Below, piece after piece: positions 47,255 to 56,409 of a stretch of DNA of 64,000 nt (within the stretch, counting starts at the first letter, position 1; the number at the start of each line of letters is the position of its first letter). Position numbers and translations under genes: made by a program. The DNA is from Acidobacteriota bacterium. GTDB taxonomy: Bacteria > Acidobacteriota > CAIWXX01. Where the stretch lies: assembly GCA_040755995.1 (NCBI GenBank), contig JBFMAF010000040.1, forward strand, positions 1-64,000, read 5' to 3'. Below the pieces are notes generated by a model that was not told where the DNA came from, did no database searches, and saw only the letters and a list, made by a program, of their open reading frames with translations.

Positions 47255-50200
47255 TTATGTCGCGCTGTATAACGGTGGCAGGGCCTTTGACTTCAACCCT
47301 TCGTTGATCTTCGGGAGGGAGGCGCTCATTAGCGCATCGAATTCCTTCGCGACGTCATCCAGCTGGCGTTGAAGCACTTCGATGCGTTCCATCTGATACT
47401 GAGCCGGGCGACCCTCGTACGACATGATCGAGCCGTAGAGCGAATCGGCGTGCTCGCGCAATCGTTCCTCGCCGGTGATAGCGCCGCCCTCCTTGGTCGC
47501 GACGATCTTTTTCCGGATCGCGTCTGCCTGCGCTGAGAAGTCCTCGATCTCCTTGCGCAAGGCGTCCGTCGTCGGCAGCTTCCCGGCCGACTGACCGGCC
47601 ATGACGCGAGCGGCCGTGATCCGGTCCACCAGGTCGCTCATAGCGCCGAACAGTCCGTGCACGCGCATGGCTGCGTCGAACTGCGCCTTGCGATCTTCGA
47701 CCGTGAACGTTGCGCGGCGGTCGAGTCCTATCTCGAGCTTCGTCTCGTAGACGTCCTCTCCCTTGGTCAGGCGTACGGTGTAGGTGCCTGGAACGACGCG
47801 CGGCCCGCGGGAGGAGCCGAAGGCGACCTGAGCCGCCTTGGGCACGCGCGGCGGAGGAACGTTCATCCCCCACGTCACCTGGTTGATGCCCCGGCGCTTG
47901 CTCGCCGGGATCGTATCGATCGTCTTCCCATCGGGCCCCAGGATCTCCAGCTTGATCGGGCCGAAGAGGTGGCGAGTGCGCTGGTAGTAGGTGATCATGG
48001 CGCCGCCCGGCGGGTTCTCCCCGAAGTACGTTGCGTCGCCTTCGGACCAGCCTCCCATGCCGCGGATGCGCTGCGTGATGGGTCTGGTCGAGAGGAAGGC
48101 GGCATCCTTCAGCAGCAGTTCGTCCGTCAGATCGCGCAGAGGAGTAATGTCGTCCACGATCCGGATGCCGCGCCCGTGAGTCGCGAGCACCAGGTCGTTG
48201 TCGCGGGCCTGGATGGCGATGTCACGCACGGCGACGCTGGGGAATTCACCGCCCTTGAACTCGGCCCACTGCTTCCCACCGTCGATCGTGATCCACAGGC
48301 CGAATTCGGTGCCGACGAAGAGCAGGTCACGCTTGAACGTGTCCTCTTTGACCACGTGCGCATAGCCGCGAAGACCTTGCTCGGGACCTGCGATCTTTGC
48401 CCAGGTCTTGCCGTAGTCGGTTGTCCTGTAAACATACGGCGCCATGTCGCCGAATGTGTGCCGATCGAAGGTCGCATAGGCGGTGGCGGCGTCATAGCGG
48501 CTGGCCTCGATCCACGATACCCATGAATTCTTCGGCAGCCCCTTCACGTTGGCGGCGACGTTTGTCCAGCTCTTCCCGCCGTCGCGCGTCAGCTGCACAT
48601 TTCCGTCGTCAGTGCCGACCCAGATCACCTGTCCGTCACGCGGCGATTCGGAGATCGAGTAGATAGTGGTGTGCATTTCGGCCGAGGAGTTGTCCACGGT
48701 AATGCCGCCGGACAGCTCCTGCTTCTGCTTCTCTGCATCGTTCGTGGTCAAATCCGGCGAAATGCGTTCCCATGTGTGCCCATGGTCGCGCGAGCGGAAG
48801 AGGAACTGGGCGCCGATGTAGATCGTCCCCTTTTCGTTTGGGCTCATGTGGATGGGTGTATTCCAGTTGAAGCGCAGCCTCTCCTGGTAGCCGGCCTGGG
48901 GCTGAATGCGGCGGGCGTCGCGCGTCTTCCGGTTGAACCGCGCGATCTCGCCGCCCTGCGTCTCGGCGTAGACGTAGTCGGGGTCGGCGGGGTCGGAGAA
49001 CACCCAGAAGCCGTCGCCGTACAGCACGCTCTCCCAGCGCGAGTTCGTGATGCCGCCCGGGTACTCGGAGTCTCCGATCCAATTCGTGTTGTCCTGCAGA
49101 CCGCCGTATACCTGGTAGGGATCCCTGTCGTCCGCGCTCACGTGATAGAACTGACCGAGCGGCAGGTTCATCGCCATCCACCAGCGGTTGCCTCCGTCGT
49201 ACGAAATCCAGAGCCCTCCGTCGTCGCCGCCGATCACGTGCTTGGGATTCTCCGGGTCGATCCAGAGGTCATGCCAGTCGCCATGGGCGCCGCCGCCAGT
49301 GTCGCTAAAGCTCTTGCCGCCGTCCTCGCTCACGATTAGCCCGCCATTCGGCTTGAAGAGCCGGTCGGGATTCGTCGGGTCGACCACCAGCTTGGCGAAG
49401 TAGAACGGCCGCCATACCATCATCTGGCTCTTGTCGCGCTTCTCCCAGGTCGCGCCGCCATCGTCCGAGCGATACAGAGCGGAGTCCACTCCTTCGATGA
49501 AGGCGTACACGATCTTGTTGTTCGACGGGGCGAACGTGACCTCGATGCGCCCGTAAGGCTTCGGCGGCAGACCGTTCTTCCCCGCATCGAGCTCTGTCCA
49601 GGTCGCTCCACCATCTTCGGACCTGAAGAGGCCGCTGCCGCTTGGACCATCAGGTCCGTTGCCGCCGGATCGGAATGTCCAGCCCTTGCGCCGGAAGTCC
49701 CAGAGCGCCGCAAAGAGTGTGTCGGGATTCTGGGGATCCATCGTGACGGCGGAGCAACCTGTCGAGAGATTCTTGCCTGCAAGAACCAACTTCCAGCTCT
49801 TGCCCCCGTCGGCGGTCTTGTACAGCCCGCGCTCAGCGGAATCGCTCCACAACTTCCCCGGCACAGCCGCGTACACCACGTCGCTGTTCTTGGGATGGAC
49901 CACGATCTGGCTGATCCGTTCGGACTCCTTCAGGCCCAGGTTTGTCCACGTCTCACCCCCGTCGGTCGACCTGTAGATCCCGTCGCCAATCGAGACCGAA
50001 TTGCGTACCCAGGACTCGCCCGTGCCCACCCAGATAACATCGGGATTGGACGGGTCGACGGTCACCGCGCCGATGGATTGCACCGGGTTCTTGTCGAAAA
50101 CCGGCTTGAAGGTCGTTCCGCCGTCCTCGGACTTCCACACGCCGCCGCTGGCGGCTCCTACGTAAATCAGCGTCTTGCCGCCACGGTTGGCCGCGGCGAG

Positions 50201-50377
50201 CGCCGCGATGCGGCCGCTCATCCTGGCCGAGCCGATGTCGCGCGCTCTGAGACCGGAGATGACACCGGCATCGAACCGCGCCGGCGGCAGGGCGGCCTTG
50301 CTTTGCGCCGCGATCTGCGAGGATGTCGAGCAGAGGACCGCCGTCCAGAGTGCCGTGATCAGGTGGGTGAGTCTCAT
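47255..50377 (-). CDS. Secreted BNR/Asp-box repeat beta-propeller protein (VPS10/sialidase-like)
   Basis: Signal peptide and many SxDGGxTW repeats. Confidence 0.9.
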   Translation of the reverse strand: MRLTHLITALWTAVLCSTSSQIAAQSKAALPPARFDAGVISGLRARDIGSARMSGRIAALAAANRGGKTLIYVGAASGGVWKSEDGGTTFKPVFDKNPVQSIGAVTVDPSNPDVIWVGTGESWVRNSVSIGDGIYRSTDGGETWTNLGLKESERISQIVVHPKNSDVVYAAVPGKLWSDSAERGLYKTADGGKSWKLVLAGKNLSTGCSAVTMDPQNPDTLFAALWDFRRKGWTFRSGGNGPDGPSGSGLFRSEDGGATWTELDAGKNGLPPKPYGRIEVTFAPSNNKIVYAFIEGVDSALYRSDDGGATWEKRDKSQMMVWRPFYFAKLVVDPTNPDRLFKPNGGLIVSEDGGKSFSDTGGGAHGDWHDLWIDPENPKHVIGGDDGGLWISYDGGNRWWMAMNLPLGQFYHVSADDRDPYQVYGGLQDNTNWIGDSEYPGGITNSRWESVLYGDGFWVFSDPADPDYVYAETQGGEIARFNRKTRDARRIQPQAGYQERLRFNWNTPIHMSPNEKGTIYIGAQFLFRSRDHGHTWERISPDLTTNDAEKQKQELSGGITVDNSSAEMHTTIYSISESPRDGQVIWVGTDDGNVQLTRDGGKSWTNVAANVKGLPKNSWVSWIEASRYDAATAYATFDRHTFGDMAPYVYRTTDYGKTWAKIAGPEQGLRGYAHVVKEDTFKRDLLFVGTEFGLWITIDGGKQWAEFKGGEFPSVAVRDIAIQARDNDLVLATHGRGIRIVDDITPLRDLTDELLLKDAAFLSTRPITQRIRGMGGWSEGDATYFGENPPGGAMITYYQRTRHLFGPIKLEILGPDGKTIDTIPASKRRGINQVTWGMNVPPPRVPKAAQVAFGSSRGPRVVPGTYTVRLTKGEDVYETKLEIGLDRRATFTVEDRKAQFDAAMRVHGLFGAMSDLVDRITAARVMAGQSAGKLPTTDALRKEIEDFSAQADAIRKKIVATKEGGAITGEERLREHADSLYGSIMSYEGRPAQYQMERIEVLQRQLDDVAKEFDALMSASLPKINEGLKSKALPPLYSAT

Positions 50378-51135
50378 CGTTGCTTCTCCCCTCCGGCCGG
50401 CGCGGCCGGGAAATGGAAGAGCGCGTCATCCAAATCGACTTTTGTTTCCACTTTCTCAATCATCAGCTTGTACCCTTTAGGCTGGCCCTTCGCACCGATC
50501 TCGATTGAGAACGGCATGTAAACCCCGCTGACCAGCTCGTAGTCACCGAGGTCCGTTTCGACAATCTCTTCGACCCCGCGTCTCCTGGTCTGGTCGATTT
50601 CGCGGATCTCGAGAAAGTAGTCCGGATCGAGATAGATGTATCTGATGTCGCCGTCCTTGAACGTGACCTTGATCTTGTGGGCTTCGGTGCCGTCGACGTC
50701 TTCGGTGCCCAGATGCTCGACGAGATTGCCTTTCGACTTGTAGTCCACCAGCGGTCCGTCCATGTCAGCCATCCGCTTCAGGCCCTTCGCGTCGTCGGCC
50801 GACATCTGCTCGGGGTCCATTCGGCCCCCGTACGGTGATATCTGCCAGCCGACGCCGCCATCGTAGGCTGTGACAGCGGTGAGTCCCTGCCAGATCACCT
50901 CCGTGCGCACCATCCCCGGACGCTTCATTAACCGTGTTGTGTTCAGGACAAGGGCCGAGCCGCGAGAGCCCATTCGAACCTTGCCCGTTGCCCGAATCGA
51001 CGTGATCGCCCGGATCTTGTCGATCCCGCCTCTGGCCTCGACATTCCTGGCGATCAGCTCGTCCACCGTGAGCGCCTTCGCGCTCCCACCGGCCAAGAGC
51101 ATCAACGCAACCGCGAGCCCGCTAGACAGACGCAT
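50374..51135 (-). CDS. LolA-like outer membrane lipoprotein-sorting family protein
   Basis: Signal peptide; LTVDELIARNVEARGG; YDGGVGW; coupled to the BNR gene. Confidence 0.7.
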   Translation of the reverse strand: MRLSSGLAVALMLLAGGSAKALTVDELIARNVEARGGIDKIRAITSIRATGKVRMGSRGSALVLNTTRLMKRPGMVRTEVIWQGLTAVTAYDGGVGWQISPYGGRMDPEQMSADDAKGLKRMADMDGPLVDYKSKGNLVEHLGTEDVDGTEAHKIKVTFKDGDIRYIYLDPDYFLEIREIDQTRRRGVEEIVETDLGDYELVSGVYMPFSIEIGAKGQPKGYKLMIEKVETKVDLDDALFHFPAAPAGGEKQR

Positions 51136-51262
51136 GCACACACCTCCCGCTTCATCGTCGTCTCCGCACAAGAGAAGAATACGTTGCCGGAACGAAGAAG
51201 TTCACGGCGGCTCGCGCCGTTGTCGAGCCCGCTTCTTGTCGCGGCGTGGTGAACGGCCGGCC

Positions 51263-53350
51263 CTACCGCCTCCCCTCCATCTCTTCGGCGAGATCGCCGG
51301 CGCCGTAGATTTTGCGCAGCGACTCGATTATGGCGGCGGTGTGCACGGACACGCAGCGGTTGGCGGTTTCGTCGAAAATGAACCGGCCCGGCAGGCTCTC
51401 GATGTTCCCATCGAAAACGACACCGACGATCTCGCCCGCGGTGTTGACTACGGGCGAGCCGGAGTTGCCCCCGATGATGTCTGATGTGCAGACGAAGTTC
51501 ATCGGAGTCGAAAGGTCCAACTGGTCTCTCCCATTCAGCCAGCCCTCCGGCAGGTCGAACGGCGGCCGGTAGTCGAAGCTCGCGGCTCGGTCGTACAGGC
51601 CGAACAGAGTCGTCTTGGACGGCGCCTTCGTGCCGTTCATCGGAAAGCCCTTCACAACACCGGGCGAGAGCCGCAGGGTGGAGGTAGCATCGGGGTAGAT
51701 GGTCCTGCCGCCGACGGCGAAACGCGCCTTGCCGATCTTCTCGGCCGCGGACGTCAGCGCGCTTTCCACGTTCTGTTCCTGCCAGGTGTTCATTTCGCGC
51801 AAGATTGGATCGACGCGCAGCGCGAATCGGATGAGTGGATCCTCCGAAGCTCTGACTGCCTTCTCTCCCCCCTTCACCAGCCGCTGGCGGACGGCTGGAT
51901 CCGCAAGCCCTGTCCCACCAATGACCTCGTGTGCCACCTCAGCGGGGGCACGTCCCGCCAGCGCCGCCTTCACAAACGGATCGTCCGCGCCGAGGGCTTC
52001 CAGCGACTGCGCAAGGCTGTCGGCTGCCAGCGCCTCTTCAAAGTCGAGGTAGACGGGCGCAGGAGAGAACATCTTGAAGCGAAGCGAATCGAGACGAGAG
52101 TCGTAGAATTCCTTGAGGCGCGCTCCGTCGGGCTTCTTCACCTCGACCACGTACCGTACGATGTTGAGCGCAATTGCCGGAAGCCGATAGCCGCCGATAC
52201 GACGGAAGTAGTACGCAGAGTATTTCTCAGCAGCCTTCTCTTCGGCAGCCGCCACCGCGTCCCATGCGTCGCCGTAGTCGCTCTGCCATTGCTCGTGGCC
52301 CGCGATGAGCTTCCGCAGCTCCGTCTCCTCCTTCATCTTCTGCGCCATCAGTCGAGGATCCAGCAGGCCCGCGTGCTCGCCGTCGCGCGACTTGATGCGG
52401 TTGGATAGGCTGTAGAGCTGTGCCGACGCGCGGCGCGCCTGCTCGGGTCCCTGTGTGGCGAAGCGTTTGACGGCATCAAGCTGCCGGCGCCAGTCCTTGA
52501 GACGAACCGGGTACGTGTAGTCTCGCTCGAATTCAAGTTGCTTCACGGTCAGGAGCCTATCCGTCGATCCGGGGTGGCCCGAGACGAACACCAGCTCTCC
52601 GTCTGCAGCGCCGTTGGCGTTCCATCGTAGAAAGGCGGGACTCTGAATGGGCACGCCATTCTCGTACACACGAAAGACTGTGATGTCCAAGTCGTAGCGC
52701 GGGTAGGTGAAGTTGTCCGGGTCTCCTCCGTAAAACGCGATTTGCATCTCTGGCGCGAACACCAGGCGCACATCCGTGTACTTCTTGTATCGATAGAGCC
52801 AATACTCTCCGCCGTGATAGAGCGCGATCACATCCGACCGCAGTCCGGTTCCGGCGAGGCTTTCCTTCTCGATCTTGGCCTTCTCGGCATTTCGGGCATC
52901 GAGTGCGTCCTCCTCGGTCATGCCCGGTTTCACGACACCCTGGACGCGCGCCGTCACGTCTTCCATCGAGATGAGGACGTTGAGCTCGATGTCCGGGCAC
53001 TTGAGCTCTTCTTCGCGCTTCCGCGCGTGGAAGCCGTCCTTCACGTAGTCCTTCTCCGGTGTGGACACCTTCTGGAGCTGGCCGCGCCCTACGTGGTGGT
53101 TCGTAAGCACCAGTCCATCCGGGCTCACGAAGGAGCCCGAGGCCCCGTCGCCGATGCGCACTGAAGCGAGACGCAGGTGGTCGAGCCACTCCTGCGAGGG
53201 CTCGAACCCGTGCCGCTCCTTCAGCAGCGCGCGCGGCGGGTTGTCGAAAGTCCACATCCCTTCGTCGCCTGAGGCAACAGACGAGGCGAGGAGGATCGAG
53301 ATGCTTACCATGGTGCAAATCAACAGGGTGGGACCAATTCGTGCTGTCAT
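51263..53350 (-). CDS. S46 family dipeptidyl peptidase (DPP7-like)
   Basis: DEGMW, TNHHV, DNFTYPR, DIIGGNSGSPV; FDGN has Gly at the S1 position, as in DPP7. Confidence 0.93.
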   Translation of the reverse strand: MTARIGPTLLICTMVSISILLASSVASGDEGMWTFDNPPRALLKERHGFEPSQEWLDHLRLASVRIGDGASGSFVSPDGLVLTNHHVGRGQLQKVSTPEKDYVKDGFHARKREEELKCPDIELNVLISMEDVTARVQGVVKPGMTEEDALDARNAEKAKIEKESLAGTGLRSDVIALYHGGEYWLYRYKKYTDVRLVFAPEMQIAFYGGDPDNFTYPRYDLDITVFRVYENGVPIQSPAFLRWNANGAADGELVFVSGHPGSTDRLLTVKQLEFERDYTYPVRLKDWRRQLDAVKRFATQGPEQARRASAQLYSLSNRIKSRDGEHAGLLDPRLMAQKMKEETELRKLIAGHEQWQSDYGDAWDAVAAAEEKAAEKYSAYYFRRIGGYRLPAIALNIVRYVVEVKKPDGARLKEFYDSRLDSLRFKMFSPAPVYLDFEEALAADSLAQSLEALGADDPFVKAALAGRAPAEVAHEVIGGTGLADPAVRQRLVKGGEKAVRASEDPLIRFALRVDPILREMNTWQEQNVESALTSAAEKIGKARFAVGGRTIYPDATSTLRLSPGVVKGFPMNGTKAPSKTTLFGLYDRAASFDYRPPFDLPEGWLNGRDQLDLSTPMNFVCTSDIIGGNSGSPVVNTAGEIVGVVFDGNIESLPGRFIFDETANRCVSVHTAAIIESLRKIYGAGDLAEEMEGRR

Positions 53351-53492
53351 TCTGCCTCCGATCGTCTCGACGTTTCCGTCCGGGCTGCAGCGGGACATCC
53401 TGTCCGATCCCGCGACCGGACCGCGAGCAATGGTAGCACACGTGACGGGCAGCCAGGCAACTTCGCCCGGGTCGGGTGGCGGGTCCGGCAGT

Positions 53493-53521
53493 TTGACATG
53501 CTCCGCCTCGCTCGCTACCAT
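53493..53521 (+). promoter_or_regulatory. Putative sigma70 promoter of mdh
   Basis: TTGACA-N17-TACCAT. Confidence 0.6.
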
Positions 53522-53682
53522 GCTATCCCCATGGACGGGAGAATGCTCCCCATGCACGTCACTGCACCCCACCGGGGTGCTCCGACTCAAGCAGCGACGG
53601 TGCCGGTCCGGCATGGACGGCAGGATCGCCGCGTCACTCTGTATCACATTCATTACCCATAACACCCAACTAAGGAGGATAC

Positions 53683-54612
53683 ATGCGTAAGAAGATCACG
53701 GTCATTGGCGCCGGGCGCGTGGGCGAGACTACGACTCACATCCTGGCGAAGAGGGCCCTGGGCGATATCGTGTTGGTGGATATCGTCCCGAACATGGCTG
53801 AGGGCAAGGCACTGGACCTCATGCAGCTCAGGCCGATCGATGACTCTGACGTGACGATCACGGGCACGACGAGCTACGAGCCGACGGCCGGCTCGGACGT
53901 CGTCGTCATCACGTCCGGCATGCCGCGCAAGCCGGGTGAGAGCCGCGAGGATCTGCTGAAGAAGAACATCGCCATTGTGAAGCCGGTCTCCGAGCAGGTG
54001 ATGAAGCACTCGCCGAACGCCTTCATCATCATGGTCGCGAACCCGCTCGACACGATGACCTGGGTGGCGAAGAAGATCACGGGCTGGCCGCGCAACCGCG
54101 TATTCGGCATGGCCGGCATTCTGGACACGGCGCGGCTCCGCTGCTTCCTGGCAATGGAGCTGGGCTGCTCGGTGAAGGACGTCCAGGCGTTCGTGCTCGG
54201 GGGCCATGGTGACGAGATGGTGCCGGTGGTGCGCTACGCGTCGATGGGCGGAATCCCGGTCGAGAAGCTCGTGCCCAAGGAGAGGCTCGATGCGATCGTG
54301 AAGCGCACGCGTGGAGCCGGAGGCGAGATCGTGAAGCTGCTCGGCTTCAGCGCCTACTACTCGCCGGCCGCCGCCGCGGTCGAAATGGTCCAGTCCGTGC
54401 TGAAGGACGAGAAGAGGATCGTGCCCTGCTCGGCATACCTCGAAGGCGAATACGGCGCGAAGGACATCTACCTGGGCGTGCCGGTCATGCTCGGGAAGAA
54501 CGGCATGGAGAAGATCTTCGAGATCGATCTGACCGACGAAGAGAAGGGCATGCTGGCCAATTCAGTCAAACTCTGCTCCGAGTCAATCGACGAGGCCCGC
54601 AAGCTTCTGTAG
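53683..54612 (+). CDS. mdh: Malate dehydrogenase (LDH-like)
   Basis: GAGRVG, GMPRKPGESREDLL (Arg specificity residue), LDTAR, GGHGD; TAAGGAGG RBS. Confidence 0.95.
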   Translation: MRKKITVIGAGRVGETTTHILAKRALGDIVLVDIVPNMAEGKALDLMQLRPIDDSDVTITGTTSYEPTAGSDVVVITSGMPRKPGESREDLLKKNIAIVKPVSEQVMKHSPNAFIIMVANPLDTMTWVAKKITGWPRNRVFGMAGILDTARLRCFLAMELGCSVKDVQAFVLGGHGDEMVPVVRYASMGGIPVEKLVPKERLDAIVKRTRGAGGEIVKLLGFSAYYSPAAAAVEMVQSVLKDEKRIVPCSAYLEGEYGAKDIYLGVPVMLGKNGMEKIFEIDLTDEEKGMLANSVKLCSESIDEARKLL

Positions 54613-54632
54613 GAAATCGTCTCTCTTCCGAC

Positions 54633-54668
54633 GGGGGTCCGCCTACGGGCGCGACCCCCTCGCTCTTT
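54633..54668 (+). terminator. Probable intrinsic terminator after mdh
   Basis: GGGGGTC-CGCC...GGCG-CGACCCCC stem followed by CTCTTT (a weak U tract). Confidence 0.6.
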
Positions 54669-54851
54669 GGGGATGGGTGTGTGTCCGTGCCGCGCCATTG
54701 CGGTGTTGGGTAGCCGTTCTTGGGCGCGTGCGAGTTGACGATGTTAGCAGGCGCGGGCTCGCCGACTATTGGCGTCGACGGCAACGGCGGGGTTGGGTAT
54801 GATCGGCCGTTGAAGGTGAGCCAGGATCAGGATGGGAGTGCCTGAGAACCC

Positions 54852-56402
54852 ATGAACAACATCTTCCTGACCAACCTCTGCAACAATCACTGCCCGTACT
54901 GTTTCGCGCGGGGGAAGCTGAAGCGGTCTCACCAGGAGTGTGTCGACGGCGACTTTCTGTCGATGGCGGATGCCAGGCTCGTCGCCGAGTTCTTCGAGGA
55001 GAGCAAGCTGATTTCGTTCCTGGGCGGCGAGCCGACGCTCCACCCGCAGTTTCGGGAGATAACCGACATCTTCGTGGAGAAGGGGTATCAGATATTCCTT
55101 TTCACCAATGGGCTCTTCGACAGATCCATCCGGGAGTTTCTGAGTGGGCAGCAGCAGCTCTTTTACGTATTCAACATCAACGACCCCGCGCTGTACCGGG
55201 AAGACCAGTGGAGAATGATCCTGGACAATTTGGGAGCCCTGAGAGAGAAGGTCAATTCCCTCGCCCTGGCGATCTATGACGTCGAGCAGGACTGCTCTCA
55301 CGTTGCGAGGCTGGCGATAGAGTACGGGATCAAGGCCGTCAAGATCGCCGTGGCTGCTCCGAGTCATGACGACGGCAATCGAAGGATCCCCTTTGAGGAG
55401 AAACACCGAGTGGCCGGCCGGCTCGCCGAATTCGTTGAGCGCCTGTCCGAGGCCGGCATCCTGGCCTACGGCGAATGCGAGAAGCTGAAACCTTGCATGT
55501 TCGACGACCGATCCAGGGAGAGGATTCTCGCGTCGAAATGGATCGGGAATCTGTATGTAAACAAGCAGTGCAGAGAAGGTGGGAACATAGACATCGGCCC
55601 TGATCTGACCGTCTGGCGCTGCTACTCTTTTCCGAAGTCCATGGGAAAGAGGCTGACCGATTTCCGGAGCCCGGAGGAAATTCGAGATTACTCCAGGCAG
55701 AAGTACGACCTTCTGTTCTTCAACTACTACTGGCTGGACAGGTGCTTTGACTGCGACTATTCAATGGACCAGCGATGTGAAGGCGGCTGTCTGCTGAGGA
55801 TTCTCCGGAAATACGAAGAGCGTGAAGCCTACTTCTACGATCACCACTACGCGGAGCAGCTGGAGCGCGCGGGAGATGCCAGACTGGCCAGCCTCTATGA
55901 GAACCCGAGTCGCATCGAGCTGGCGAATATCGAGGGACGAGCTCCGAGACTGACGGTGGAGAATGCGCGCGCGGATGGCGCGGAGATAGTGCTGACGCCG
56001 TTCCTCCACCATTTCTCGCCGTTCGACGTGACCCTCTTCACAGTCCACGGCGAAGCGCGTTTTTTCCCCAGCCGGATCAAGGTTTGCGCGGGGCCCGTCC
56101 GCGTGGCGCTGGAGCCTGGAGGGACCGGTTGGAGGAGGACCAGGTGCGTCACGGAGGCAGACTTCTTGTCCGAACCGTGGCCGATCTACGAGACGGACTT
56201 CCGAGAGATCACGTGGCTGCACCCGGAGATAACACTACCGGACCCCAGCGCCGTGGCCATCTATTACACGGCGATCGCCGAGGACGGCCGTGAGATCTTC
56301 TGTTCCCTATCGCCGCAGGGATTCTCCTGGCTTGGTTGGACGTCCGGGTCCGAGTGCCTCAACGTGAGAGACCTCGTGCGGTCTCGACGGGAAACGCTGT
56401 GA
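54852..56402 (+). CDS. Radical SAM protein with a SPASM-like domain and an unknown C-terminal domain
   Basis: CNNHCPYC, GGEPTLHP, TNG; C...IGPDLTVWRC...CFDC-x7-C-x3-C. Confidence 0.88.
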   Translation: MNNIFLTNLCNNHCPYCFARGKLKRSHQECVDGDFLSMADARLVAEFFEESKLISFLGGEPTLHPQFREITDIFVEKGYQIFLFTNGLFDRSIREFLSGQQQLFYVFNINDPALYREDQWRMILDNLGALREKVNSLALAIYDVEQDCSHVARLAIEYGIKAVKIAVAAPSHDDGNRRIPFEEKHRVAGRLAEFVERLSEAGILAYGECEKLKPCMFDDRSRERILASKWIGNLYVNKQCREGGNIDIGPDLTVWRCYSFPKSMGKRLTDFRSPEEIRDYSRQKYDLLFFNYYWLDRCFDCDYSMDQRCEGGCLLRILRKYEEREAYFYDHHYAEQLERAGDARLASLYENPSRIELANIEGRAPRLTVENARADGAEIVLTPFLHHFSPFDVTLFTVHGEARFFPSRIKVCAGPVRVALEPGGTGWRRTRCVTEADFLSEPWPIYETDFREITWLHPEITLPDPSAVAIYYTAIAEDGREIFCSLSPQGFSWLGWTSGSECLNVRDLVRSRRETL

Positions 56403-56409
56403 GCCGGGT

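Noticed and set aside
53525..53682. Long mdh leader with a GCACCCC/GGGGTGC hairpin as a riboswitch
   Set aside because: There is no recognisable riboswitch consensus, and short hairpins are expected at this GC content.
54741..54845. 34-aa ORF MLAGAGSPTIGVDGNGGVGYDRPLKVSQDQDGSA as a RiPP precursor
   Set aside because: It has no clear RBS or leader/core pattern, and the best promoter for the radical SAM genes lies inside it. It is not fully excluded.
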